A stretch of DNA of 64,000 nucleotides, taken from the NCBI GenBank assembly GCA_963821595.1, contig CAWGEL010000028.1:202201-266200 (forward strand), read 5' to 3'. A program made the translations under genes and the position numbers. Below the pieces are notes generated by a model. It made no database searches. It was not told the DNA's origin and was given only the letters and a program-made list of their open reading frames with translations. Every line of letters begins with the position of its first letter. Positions within the stretch are counted from its first letter, which is position 1. The DNA comes from an uncultured Chloroflexia bacterium. GTDB lineage: Bacteria > Chloroflexota > Limnocylindria > Limnocylindrales > CSP1-4. Below are positions 11,051 through 23,347 of the stretch, piece after piece.

Positions 11051-12150
11051 TCAGTCGTTGTAGAGACGCTCCTCGATGAGCTTCTCCTGCACCGTTCGCC
11101 CGTTGGGGTCGAAGCAGGAGAACTCGAAGTGCTTCTCGAACTCGAGGTCCACGTTGTCCTGCCCGCCGCGGTTCTTCTCCACGGTCAGCACGATCCAGTC
11201 CCGGAACCGCTGCGCCTGGTACGGGTTGAACTCGATGTTGACGCGGGCGACGATGTGGTACTTCTCGTTCATGATCAGGATGATGTCGGCTTCGTAGTTG
11301 ATCGCCGACGACCCGCGCAGGTGATGGTTGCGCAGGCGGGACGCCTTGAGGCCCTCCTTGTCGGCGGCCACGATGGCGACCATCGCGACCTGCTCCGAGA
11401 GCGCGATGTCCTTGAGGCCGTTGACCACCACGGTGACCTTCTCCGTCTCCGTGTTTGGCTCCGGGATCATCGGGACCTTCTGGAGGTAGTCGACGACGAC
11501 CATCAGCTGGCGTTCGCCCGACAGCTCCTTGTGCTGCTGGACGAGCCGGCGCATGTTCTCGACCGTGCTGGCGGTCTGGGTACCGCGCATCAGGAACAGG
11601 TTCTGGCCGTATCGCCCGATGCGGTCCAGCGACGGGCGCAGACGAGGGTTGGACGCGAGCTGCGGCCCGCCCTGCCCCTCGGCCACCCACGACCCAAGGA
11701 TCTCCCGGCGGACGTCCTGGATCTTGATGGCCCCGGTCTTGTGGGGCAGGTGCGCGAGCGCCGACTCGAGCGAGATGAGGCGGTTCATCAGGTAGTGCTC
11801 TTCATGCTCGAAGCAGATGTAGAGCACGTTCGCCTGCCCGCCCGAGGCCACGTTGCGCGCCATCTGGAGGGCCATCGTGGTCTTGCCCGTGCCCTGCGCG
11901 CCACCGATGAGCAGCAGCTCGCCGGGCCGCAGGCCGGAACCGATGGTCTTGTCGAGCGGCGTGAATCCAGGGGGATCGGCTGGTAGTCGGAAAGGTTCCC
12001 CGTCGTGATCCGGTCGTTGAGGTCGACGAGGACGTCGAGTGCCGAACGTGGCGCAAGGCTGCCCGTGGCGGCGTCGACGCGCCATTCCGCCTTCGAGGCG
12101 TGCTGGACCGGAACGGGAGGACTCTGGGTCGGCTCGGTCTCGGTGCTCAC
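11051..12150 (-). CDS. RecA-superfamily ATPase with only a DnaB helicase C-terminal domain (KaiC/RadA-like); apparent 1-bp indel near 11955-11975 in a C run
   Basis: Walker A LLLIGGAQGTGKTTMALQMARNVA. Walker-B-like MVVVDYLQKV. The N-terminal segment VSTETEP...NLSDYQPIP is in the adjacent frame. GGAAGGGAG lies upstream of GTG 12150. Confidence 0.6.
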
Positions 12151-12407
12151 GCCGCAACAACTCCCTTCCAGGATGGCACGGCCGGGGCTGACCCCCGGTG
12201 GGCCCAGGCATCGTAGCACCGCTCCCCGCGAGGGACACCCTCCCAGACCTGCCTGATCCGCACAGGTGATCCCGCGGGCGGGCACCCGGCGGCGCCCCCG
12301 GCGGGCGCTCGGGCCGCGGGGCGGCGCTGGCCCGGGCTGCGACCTGTCGCCTGCGGGGCGGCCGGGGTGGGCGGCCCCGCTCCGGCCACGTGCGCCGGCT
12401 GCGGCGA

Positions 12408-13793
12408 TCAGGCCGGGTTCGCCGCCAGCTCGTCCATGAAGCCGACGAGCGTGCGAATGCCGAGCTCGAAGTTGGCGAGGTCCATCCACTCGTTGGGGGC
12501 GTGGAAGTTGCCGTCAGGCGGCATGAAGCCCATCACGGTGACCGGCTGACCCAGGATCGATGCGAAGCTCGCGGCCACGGGGATCGAGCCACCTTCCCGG
12601 ACGAACAGCGGCGCCCGCCCGAAGACCGATTCGAGGGCCCGCGCATACGCCCGCGTCGCCGGCAGGTCCGTCGGCGTGAGGGTCGGGCGTCCGTGGCCCT
12701 GCGGCTCCACCTCGACGCGGACGCCGGGCGGTGCGCTGCGCAGGACGAAGTCACGGAGCGCCTCGTAGATCCGCTGCGGATCCTGGTTGGCGACGAGCCG
12801 GCAGGTGACCTTGGCGCCCGCCCGGGCCGGGATGATCGTCTTGGGGCCTTCGCCGGAGAAGCCTCCCCAGATCCCGTTCACGTCGAGCGTCGGCCGCGCG
12901 CCACGCCGCTCCATCACCGTGTACCCGGTCTCGCCCGCGAGGGCGGGCACGTGCAGCTCGGCGCGGAGCGCCTCCTCGTCGAACGGCAACGCCGCGATCG
13001 CCGCCCGATCGGCCTCCGAGAGCGGCACCACGTCGTCGTAGAAGCCGGGCACGCGCACACGCCCGTCGGGGCCGCGGAGGGCGGCGATCATCGTCGCGAG
13101 GGCGTTGACGGGGTTGACGACGGCCCCGCCGTAGACACCCGAGTGGACGTCCTGGTACGGCCCGGACACGCGGATCTCGGCGGCGCAGATCCCCCGGAGC
13201 GCGACGGTGACGGCCGGCACGTTGCCCTGGAAGAAGCCGCTGTCGGCGACCATGGCGACGTCGGCGGCGAGGCGCCCCTTGTTCGCCTCCAGCCACGCGT
13301 CGAGGTGCACGGAGCTCGACTCCTCCTCGCCCTCGAAAACGATGCGGAGGTTGACCGGCAGCGCCTTCCGCGTGGCCAGCACGGCCTCGACGGCCCGGAT
13401 GCCGATCGCGACGTTCGACTTGTCATCGGACGCGCCGCGGGCCAGGACGCGCCCGTCCTTGACGATGGGGTCGAAGGGGGTCGCTTCCCACTCCTCGATC
13501 GGATCGACCGGCTGCACGTCGTAGTGGCCGTAATACAGGACGGTGGGAGCGCCGGGGGCGTGCAGCCAGTCCGCGTAGACGACCGGGTGTCCACCCGTCT
13601 CCGAGACCTCGACGTGCTCCAGGCCCGCCTCGGTCAGCTCGGCGGACAGGAACTCCGCGGCACGCCGGCAATCGGGCGCGTGGGCGGGGATGCCGGAGAT
13701 GCTGGGGATCCGTAGCAGGTCGAGGTAGCGGCTCATGCGCCGCTCGGCCGTGGAGGAGAGATAGGCGTCGAGGCTGTCGGTCGAGTCGCTCAT
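12408..13793 (-). CDS. M20-family metallopeptidase (dipeptidase / ArgE-DapE-like)
   Basis: Intact 461 aa starting [12 protein letters not shown]. Motifs [18 protein letters not shown] and EGEEESSS. Only the C-terminal third of track ORF 12408..15560 is real. Confidence 0.8.
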   Translation of the reverse strand: MSDSTDSLDAYLSSTAERRMSRYLDLLRIPSISGIPAHAPDCRRAAEFLSAELTEAGLEHVEVSETGGHPVVYADWLHAPGAPTVLYYGHYDVQPVDPIEEWEATPFDPIVKDGRVLARGASDDKSNVAIGIRAVEAVLATRKALPVNLRIVFEGEEESSSVHLDAWLEANKGRLAADVAMVADSGFFQGNVPAVTVALRGICAAEIRVSGPYQDVHSGVYGGAVVNPVNALATMIAALRGPDGRVRVPGFYDDVVPLSEADRAAIAALPFDEEALRAELHVPALAGETGYTVMERRGARPTLDVNGIWGGFSGEGPKTIIPARAGAKVTCRLVANQDPQRIYEALRDFVLRSAPPGVRVEVEPQGHGRPTLTPTDLPATRAYARALESVFGRAPLFVREGGSIPVAASFASILGQPVTVMGFMPPDGNFHAPNEWMDLANFELGIRTLVGFMDELAANPA

Positions 13794-14300
13794 CGCCGGA
13801 TTGTGGCACGGCGAGCGGGCGGCAGTCGGGCGCGGCCACACCTCTGCCGGGCACGACCGGCAGCACCGCCCCGGCCTGGCGCCCGGCACTCGGCCCCGGG
13901 CGGCCCCGGGCACGGTCCGGCGCAGCGAATCCGCGCAATTCCTGCCAGGTATCCACCGGGGGAATGCTCGGGGAACCGGATGGCGATGGATCGCTCGCCC
14001 GAACGCCCCGTCGAGCGTGCGTCGAGGCCCGTGCCGCGCGTCGGAGGCCAATCGGCCGGCTCCCGCCACCGACGATCCCCGGGGTGGATTCGCGGCAGTT
14101 CGATCTCGGGCTGGGCTCGGCCGGCCGGCCGTCGGCTCGCGCGGCATCGGCGGGGCAGCGCGCTGCCGGGCGCGCGGCCCGCGCGCCCGGGGCGCCCCTG
14201 GCCCGCCGCACCCCGGGCGCCGCCCGCGCAGGCCGCATCGCGCCCCACCGCCGGCCCGACCGGCCCGCCGCGCCCCCGGGCGCCGCCCGCGGCCCCCCGG

Positions 14301-14329
14301 ACATGAAGAAGCGGGCCGTTCGGGCCCGC
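14301..14329 (-). terminator. Rho-independent-terminator-like hairpin downstream of ftsH
   Basis: Perfect inverted repeat GAAGCGGGCCCG-TTC-GGGCCCGCTTC. On the minus strand it is followed by TTCTTCAT. It lies 50 nt after the ftsH stop. Confidence 0.5.
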
Positions 14330-14377
14330 TTCCGGTGGTGGCGTTGGGGCAAGAGGCGCCCCCGCCGCCTCGCTGGC

Positions 14378-16268
<1,891 letters not shown>

Positions 16269-16491
16269 CCTGGCCTCCGGGTCAGCGAAGCCGGCGGGTT
16301 TCCGCCGACGTCCCCGCGAGAATAACACTCGGCGGCCCGGGGCCTGTCCGAGCCCCTGTCGCGATCCTCGTGGGCCGCCGGGGCTGCTGGCCGGGGCCGC
16401 CGAGACCGCGCCGGAGGCGCCGCTCATCCCGCCGTGCGCGTGCGACCCACGGGCGGATCGGCCGCGAAAGGCGCGGATCTGCCGCGAATGC

Positions 16492-16519
16492 GAGAAGACC
16501 GGCCCGATCGGGCCGGTCT
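16492..16519 (-). terminator. Hairpin immediately 3' of tRNA-Met
   Basis: GACCGGCCC-GATC-GGGCCGGTC, a 9-bp perfect stem. On the minus strand it is followed by TCTTCTC. Confidence 0.45.
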
Positions 16520-16535
16520 CCGACGAAGCCAGGGC

Positions 16536-16610
16536 TGGTAGCTGGGGCAGGATTCGAACCTGTGACCTAGCGATTATGAGCCGCTTGCTCTACCACTGAG
16601 CTACCCAGCC
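16536..16610 (-). tRNA. tRNA-Met, anticodon CAT. A lysidine-modified tRNA-Ile2 cannot be excluded from sequence alone.
   Basis: GGCTGGGTAGCTCAGTGGTAGAGCAAGCGGCTCATAATCGCTAGGTCACAGGTTCGAATCCTGCCCCAGCTACCA. All cloverleaf arms pair. Anticodon loop CTCATAA. T-loop TTCGAAT. CCA is encoded. The D-loop is 7 nt and the first acceptor pair is G1-U72. Confidence 0.85.
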
Positions 16611-16713
16611 TCGCGGCCAGTATGGCAGAGCGCGCCCGCGCCGCCGGCCGGCACATCGTCCTCGGCCGAGAACCCACGGTAGCCCCTTCACAGGGCGAAC
16701 GGACCGGACCTGC

Positions 16714-17258
16714 TCAGCCGCCCGGGGCCGGCCCGAAGAGCACGTCCAGCCAGCTGTCGAGGGGCGTCGTCGTCGTGACTTCCGTGCCGAGGCGGCGCTC
16801 GGGCGAGCCGGGGGCGTCGGGTGGCAGCGTCGGCGCGGCAGGGCTGAGCGCGAAGGGCCGCTCGCTGGCCGTGCCCAAGTCGTAGCCCCGTGCCTGCTGG
16901 AGGAACCAGCGCCGCTGGACCACCAGGTCGAGCTCGTCGTCCAGGCCGGCGAGCCGGCCGGCAAGGGCGGCGTTCGCGGCCGTCTCCTGGCTCGCCTGGT
17001 CGGCCGCTCGCGCGGCGTCGGTCGCCTGGCCCGCGAAGCCGATGCCGATCCAGAGGGCGAGGCCAAGGCCGGCAAGCCCACGATCCGGCGGCGGGAGATG
17101 CCGGCGATGCCGAGGCCGGCGAGGGACGGCTGGCCCGCGTCGTCCCGGGGCGGCTTCGCGCCCGCGAGCGGCTCCGCGGCGTGCGCGGCGGCGATGCCCC
17201 GGGCGTCGCCTTCGGGCGCCTCGGAGGCCGGGGTGGCTGGGCGGCTCGTCCGCGCCAT
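16714..17258 (-). CDS. Putative FtsB/DivIC-like septum formation initiator (TM helix plus coiled coil); apparent frameshift near 17085
   Basis: TM helix LAGLGLALWIGIGFAG. Coiled coil ending in ARGYDLGTASERPF, which resembles the FtsB-family ARxxLGxxxPGE motif. The N-terminal segment MARTSRPATP... is in the adjacent frame. No RBS was found. Confidence 0.4.
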
Positions 17259-17413
17259 GGCGCGGGATGGTCGCTACGTCACAGCTGCCGTGTCAAACGT
17301 TCACGCGGGCCGCCCGGTGTCGTGCCAGACAAGGTGGCACGGGCGCCGGCCAGGATCCCAACGGGTGGGGACGGGCTGCTACACTCGGCGATCAATAGAA
17401 CACCGGTTCCAAT

Positions 17414-19817
17414 ATGGAGGATGGGCCCGTGCGCATCTACGCTCCGGCCGCCGCCGATGCCGTCCTCGCGCGCCTGCTCGAGGAGCCTTCGCTGGCCCGC
17501 GGCGTCCGCCATCACGCGGTCATCCCGGCGCGCGAAGCCCGCACGACGTCCCCTCCCCGACTGGCTGGACCCGCGGATCAGGCCGGCGCTCGCCGGGCCG
17601 CGGCATTCAGTCGCTGTACACCCACCAGGCGGAGGCGATGGAGGCGATCCGCGCCGGCCACGACGTCGTGCGTCGTGACGCCGACCGCATCGGGCAAGAG
17701 CCTGTGCTACGAGCTGCCCGTCCTGCAGGCGACTCGCCGACGATCCGTCCGCGCGCGCGCTCTTGCTGTTCCCCACCAAGGCGCTCGGCGAGGACCAGGT
17801 GCGTCGCCTTCCGGGAGCTCGCCGCGGCGGCCGGCCTGGCCGTCTCCGCGGCCACGTACGACGGCGACACGCCGGCGCCCATCCGCTCGGCCGTCCGGAC
17901 GGCCGGGCAGGTCGTCGTCACCAACCCGGACATGCTCCACGCGGCGATCCTGCCCCACCACACCAAGTGGTTCCAGCTGTTCGAGCAGGTCCAGGTCATC
18001 GTCATCGACGAGCTGCACACCTACCGGGGCGTCTTCGGCAGCCACGTCGCCAACGTCATCCGGCGGCTGCTCCGCGTCTGCCGCCACTACGGCTCGAACC
18101 CGGTCATCGTGAGCTGCTCGGCGACGATCGCGAACCCGGCGGAGCTGGCGACCGCCCTGACCGGCCGGCGCGCCGCGGGTCGTCGACCGCAACGGGGCGC
18201 CCTCCGGCGAGCGCCACGTGCTGCTGGTGGACCCGCCCGTCATCGACGCCGGCGACCGGGGCCCGCGGCTCGGCCCTGACGCTTGCCCAGCGCTGGGCGT
18301 TGCCGTTCCTCCGCGCCGGCCGCCAGACGATCGTCTTCGGGCCGCGCCCGGACCGCCGTCGAGGTGATCCTCACCGGGCTGCGCGAGTCGCTGCGCGAGG
18401 GCTTCGGGCCGCGCTCGCGGGTTCGGGGCTATCGCGGCGGCTACCTGCCGACCGAGCGACGGGCGATCGAGCGCGGGCTGCGCGACGGCGAGATCCTCGG
18501 CGTCGTCGCGACCAACGCCCTGGAGCTCGGCGTGGACATCGGCGCGCTGGACGTCGCGGTCCTGGCCGGCTACCCGGGTTCGGTCGCCGGCACGTGGCAG
18601 CAGCTCGGCCGCGCCGGCCGCCGCGCCGGCAGCAGCGTCGGCCGTGCTCGTGGCCAGCTCGGCGCGCCGGTCGACCAGTACGTGGTCCACCACCCGGAGT
18701 TCCTCCTCGACCAGGCCGCCCGAGGAGGCCCGGATCGACCCCGACAACCTCCACGTCCTGCTCGCCCACCTCAGGCGCGCGACCTTCGAGCTGCCGTTCG
18801 CGCCCGGCGAGGCCTTCGGGCCGGGCCCGGCGGACGAGCTGCTCGCCTTCCTGGCGGAGGAGGGCCACGTGCCGCCAGGCGACGACGGCCGCTGGTACTG
18901 GAGCTCGGAGAACTTCCCCGCCTCCGAGATCTCGCTGCGCACGGCGGCGCCGGAGAACGTCGTCATCATCGACACGACGCCGGATCGGCCCCGCGTGCTC
19001 GGCGAGGTGGACCTCTTCTCTGCCCAGGTCCTCGTCCACGAGCACGCGATCTACATCCACGAGTCGGTCCAGTACTACGTGGACCGGCTCGAATGGGGCG
19101 AGCGCAAGGCCTACGTCCACCGGATCGACGCCGACCACTACACCTACGCCAATCGGGCGGTGACCCTGAAGCCGCTCGACGTGTTCGCGAGCGCCCCCGC
19201 GCCGCGGCGGCCGGCGGGTCCACGGCGAGGTGATGGTCGCCAGCCTCGTCACCCTCTACAAGAAGCTGAAGTTCGGGACCGACGAGAACGTCGGCTGGGG
19301 CCCGATCGACCTGCCGGAGCTCGAGCTCCAGACGACGGCCTACTGGGTCACCGCGGACGGACTGCGACGGGCGCTGGCGCCGCGACGAGCTCGACGTCGC
19401 GCTGCTCGGCGCCGGGCGGGCGATCCAGACCGTGGCGAGCGTCCTGCTCATGGTCGACCCGCGCGACCTCGGCCTCGTCACGCAGGTGCGGTCGCCGCAC
19501 TCGGAGGTCGCCGACGATCTACCTCTACGAGGCCGTGCCGGGCGGCGTCGGCATGGCCGAGCGGCTGTGGCACCGCCACGACGAGCTCGTCGACGGGGCG
19601 GCCGACCTCATCGCCGGCTGCGACTGCGAGCACGGCTGCCCCGCCTGCACGGGGCCGCGGCCGGCCGGCGGCGAGGCGGACGCTCGACGCCCGCGACCTG
19701 GCCCTGCGCCTGCTTGCCGAGCTCGGGGCACCACGGCGCGGCGCCGTGCGTCGAGCGCGTCGCCCGGCCGTCCGGTGTCGGTCCCACGGATCGGGTCGCG
19801 TCGGCTCGGCGGCATGA
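17414..19817 (+). CDS. mrfA: DEAD/DEAH-box helicase with a C-terminal DUF1998 zinc finger (YprA/MrfA-like); about 10 apparent +1 frameshifts
   Basis: Fragments in successive frames include SLYTHQAEAMEAIRAGHDVV, VTPTASGKSLCYELPVLQA, LLFPTKALGEDQ, VIVIDELHTYRGVFGSHVANV, VSCSATIANP, ILGVVATNALELGVDIGALDVAVLAGYPGSVAGTWQQLGRAGRR and IAGCDCEHGCPACTGP. The tail LDARDLALRLLAELG precedes the stop at 19817. Confidence 0.7.
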
Positions 19818-21113
19818 GCTCGCCGGCGACCCTCGGGCGGCGCCTCGCCGCGTACCGAGCGGCCCACCCCGGCGCGATCGCGGCGCCGCACCGTCGCACG
19901 GATCCCATCGCGCGACCTCGCCGAGCGACTGGCACGGGCGGTCGACGGCGAGGTGACCACCAGCGAGCGAGGCACGCTCGTCCGGATCGAGCGGGCACCG
20001 GACTCCCTGCCGGTCGACCGCGACCGGCTCGCCGGCCTGCCCGGCCAGCCGCCGCCCAGGCGCCCCTCGTCTGCCTGGACACGGAGACGACCGGCCTGGG
20101 CACGGCCACGGGCACGCTCGCCTTCCTGGTCGGCCTCGGCTGGTGGAACGGGCCGCGCTTCGAGCAGCTCCAGCTGCTGCTGCCCGATCACGCCGACGAG
20201 CCCGCGCTGCTCGACGCGCTGGCCGCAGCGCTGCCGCCCGACGCGTGGCTGGTCACGTACAACGGTCGCGGCTTCGACTGGCCGCTGCTCGTCACCCGCT
20301 ACCGCCTGGACCGGCGTGTCGGCGCCTGCGCTCGGCGGTCACCTCGACCTGCTCATGCACGTCCGCCGCCTGTTCCGCCACCGGCTCGGCGACGCCCGCC
20401 TGGCCACGGTCGAGCGCGATGTCCTCGGCGTCCATCGCGACGCGGACGTGGCCAGCTGGGAGATCCCCGACCGCTACCTCGAGTTCGTCCGCGGCGGGCC
20501 GGCCCAGCCACTCATCGCGGTCGTCCAGCACAACGCCGAGGACGTGCGATCGCTGGCCAGGCTCCTCGTCCACCTCGACGCGGACTACGCGGACGCCGAC
20601 CGGCGGCGCTTCGCCCCCGCTGGCGACCTCGCCGCGCTGGCCCGCGCCTATACGCGCCAGCGATGTCACGACGAGGCCCTGGCCTGCCTGGACGAAGCCG
20701 ACGCCGCCTGGCGTCCGCCCCGGTTCGGCTCCGAGGCATGGCCCTTCGGATCGACGATGCCCGCGCCCGTCACCGTCAGCCGCTGGCGGATCCGCGCCGA
20801 GCGGGCGCGCACGCTGCGGCGCCTGGATCGGGCCGGGGACGCGGCGGCGCAATGGGAGGAGCTGGCCGCAGCCGGCGGACCGCTGGCGGCCCGGGCATGG
20901 GTGGAGGTCGCCAAGCTGCGCGAGCATCGACTGCGCGACCACGCCGGAGCGCTCGTCGCGGCCCGCGCGGCCGAGGCTGCGGCCGATCGCCAGCGGGCGC
21001 TGGGCGGCCGGCCCGACCCGGACCTGGACGGCCGGCTCGCCGCCCGGCTGCATCGGCTGCGGGAGCGGCTGGATCGGCAGCCCGCGGGCACGGCGCGCTC
21101 GGCACGGGCCTGA
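19814..21113 (+). CDS. mrfB: DnaQ-like DEDD 3'-5' exonuclease with a C-terminal helical/TPR-like region (YprB/MrfB-like); about 3 frameshifts
   Basis: Exonuclease motifs LVCLDTETTGLG and LVTYNGRGFDWPLL. HDLLMHVRRLF...LATVERDVLGVHRDADVASWEIP. H-x4-D-type motif VVQHNAEDVRSLARLL. The ATG overlaps the mrfA TGA. Confidence 0.7.
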
Positions 21114-21123
21114 CCCGCCCGGT

Positions 21124-21192
21124 CCGGCGGCGCCCGCCGGCCACCCAGCCGCCGGCGCCCGCCGGCCACCCAGCCGCCGGCGCATGCGCGCC
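21124..21192. repeat. 25-bp tandem direct repeat, about 2.3 copies
   Basis: Unit GCCGGCGCCCGCCGGCCACCCAGCC. Two perfect copies and a partial third lie just after the mrfB stop. Confidence 0.8.
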
Positions 21193-21321
21193 GCCCAGCG
21201 GCCGGCGTCCGCGTCGTGGCATGCTCGACCGTGCCCAGCGCCGGCCCTGCCACCGGCACCGCGGCCAGCCGTCGCGGGCTGCAGGAAATTCGATCCTCAC
21301 CGCAGCCGCCGAGGAGCGCCG

Positions 21322-22579
21322 CATGAGCACGTTCGACCCCGAAGCTCTCCGCACCCAGTTCCCGGCGCTGGCTCGGGAACAGGACGGGCGGCCGGTGGTC
21401 TACCTGGACGGCCCCGGCGGTACCCAGGTCCCGGAACGCGTGATCGACGCGTTCGCGCACTACTTCCGGACCATGAACGCCAACCACGACGGGGCCTTCG
21501 CGACCAGCGTGGAGAGCGACGCGATGGCGGCCGAGGCGCACGCGGCCGTCGCCGACGTGGTCGGGGCGGCGTCGGCCGACGAGATCAAGCTCGGCGCGAA
21601 CATGACCACGCTGACGTTCCACATCAGTCGTTCGATCGCCGCGACCATCGGCGCGGGCGACGAGATCCTCGTCACCACGCTCGACCACGACGCGAACGTC
21701 TCACCATGGGCGGCCGCCGCCCGCGACCGCGACCTGGTGGTGCGGACGGTGGACGTCCACCGGGAAGACTGCACGCTCGACCTGGCGGACCTGGAGTCGA
21801 AGCTCTCGTCGCGGACGCGCGTCGTGGCCGTCGGCGCCGCCTCCAACGCCGTGGGCACGATCAACCCGGTCCGCGAGATCGCCACGCTGGCCCACGAGGC
21901 CGGCGCGCTCGTCTACGTCGACGCCGTCCACGCCGTGCCACACGGCCCGATCGACGTTGCGGAGCTCGGCGCCGACTTCCTCGTGACGTCGGTCTACAAG
22001 TGGTTCGGGCCGCACGTCGGCGCGCTGTACGGCCGCGCTGACGTCCTGGCAGGCCTCCCTGCCTACAAGGTTCGTCCAGCCCAGGACCGCGTGGAGACCG
22101 GCACCGCCAGCTTCGAATCGCTGGCGGGCACGCTCGCCGCCGTCGACTACCTGCGCGACGTCGGGAGGCAGTTCGGCGACGTCGAGGCCGCGCCGGGCGC
22201 GACGCCCCGCCGCCGCGAGCTGGTCGCCGCCATGCGAGCCATCGCCGCGTACGAAGCGGGGTTGGCCGGCCGGCTGATCGCCGGGCTGGCGTCGATCCGG
22301 GGCGTCCGCACCTGGGGCATCGCCGATCCGGGCAGGATCGCCGAGCGCACCCCGACCGTGGCCGTGACGTTCGAGCGCACGGCGCCGCGGCGGGCCGCCG
22401 AGCTGCTCGCCGCCGCGGGCATCTTCGCCTGGGACGGTGACTTCTATGCGACCGGGCTGATCGAGCGGCTGGGGCTCGCGCCGAGCGGCGGCGTCGTCCG
22501 CCTGGGCCTCGTCCACTACAACACCGCCGCCGAGGTCGACCGGGCCCTGGCTGCGCTCGAGCGCATCGCCGCCGGCTGA
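21322..22579 (+). CDS. Class-V aminotransferase-fold PLP enzyme (cysteine-desulfurase-like)
   Basis: Intact 419 aa with LVTTLDHDANVSPW, LVYVDAVHAVPHGPIDVAELGADFLVTSVYKWFGPHVGALYGR. GAGGAG lies 6 nt upstream of the ATG. Confidence 0.75.
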
Positions 22580-22713
22580 GGGCGCACTCCGGGACGATCC
22601 AGTCCGGCGCCCCAGCCGGTCGGCCGGACCGATCGGCGGTTCCGGGCCGAGGCGGACGACGCCGACGGAGCGCGACGGCACCCCACGCCGACGCGCCGGC
22701 CGGTCCGCGAGCC

Positions 22714-22768
22714 CCTTCGGAACGTGCCGACCCAGCGGTAGACTGGCCGAACGCACGAAGGAGACACC
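22714..22768 (+). promoter_or_regulatory. Candidate sigma-70-like promoter and RBS for the downstream acidic ORF
   Basis: -35-like TTCGGA, a 17-nt spacer, then -10 TAGACT. GAAGGAG lies 6 nt before the GTG at 22769. Confidence 0.3.
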
Positions 22769-23140
22769 GTGTACTTCTACGAGCTCCACGAGGGCGACGA
22801 CGACATCTACTCCGACGTGGTCCTGGCCAGCGACGAGGAGACGTCGGCCGACGACTTCTTCGAACTCGTCCAGTCGATCCGCCGCGCCATCCAGGACAAC
22901 TTCGAGGAGGACACCCTCATCGAGGCCATCGCGGTCGAGCTCGAGCGCAATCACGGCTTCATCTACGTCTCCGACGAGCGCATTCACGCCGCCGTGAACG
23001 TGTCGACCACGGACGACGAGAACTTCCTCATCGCGACGGATGACGAGTTCGATGCGGTCCGTCTCTCCGGCGCCGACTACCGGAGCCTCCCCATCGACGC
23101 CATCGAGGACGACGAGGACGACCGAAGCCTCCTCAATTGA
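22769..23140 (+). CDS. Small, highly acidic hypothetical protein (123 aa, no recognisable domain)
   Basis: MYFYELHEGDDDIYSDVVLASDEE...IEDDEDDRSLLN. High-GC third codon positions. Strong RBS. Confidence 0.6.
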   Translation: MYFYELHEGDDDIYSDVVLASDEETSADDFFELVQSIRRAIQDNFEEDTLIEAIAVELERNHGFIYVSDERIHAAVNVSTTDDENFLIATDDEFDAVRLSGADYRSLPIDAIEDDEDDRSLLN

Positions 23141-23347
23141 GCCGGCGCCCGCCGCCGGGCTCGGATCGAAGGGCCTCGCGGACGGCCCGGTCAGGGTCGC
23201 CTCCGCCCACCCTTGACGATACGGGGATCCTGAATCCAGTCCGAAAGGAGGTGCCGGGTCACCGATGGCCAAGGCGAGTGGCGGCGCGTGAGGCGCCGCG
23301 TGGAGGAGGGCCACGACAACGTCGTGGCCGCGCACAGGAGGTATCGG

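Noticed and set aside
10941-11690. 249-aa minus ORF and 363-aa plus ORF overlapping the DnaB-C-like gene
   Set aside because: They are alternative-frame or antisense shadow ORFs with Arg/Pro/Gly-rich composition and no motifs.
18644-22579. 1311-aa plus ORF
   Set aside because: It is chimeric. It strings together frame-correct fragments of mrfA and mrfB, read-through of the 21.1-21.3 kb spacer, and the in-frame aminotransferase. The real genes are called separately.
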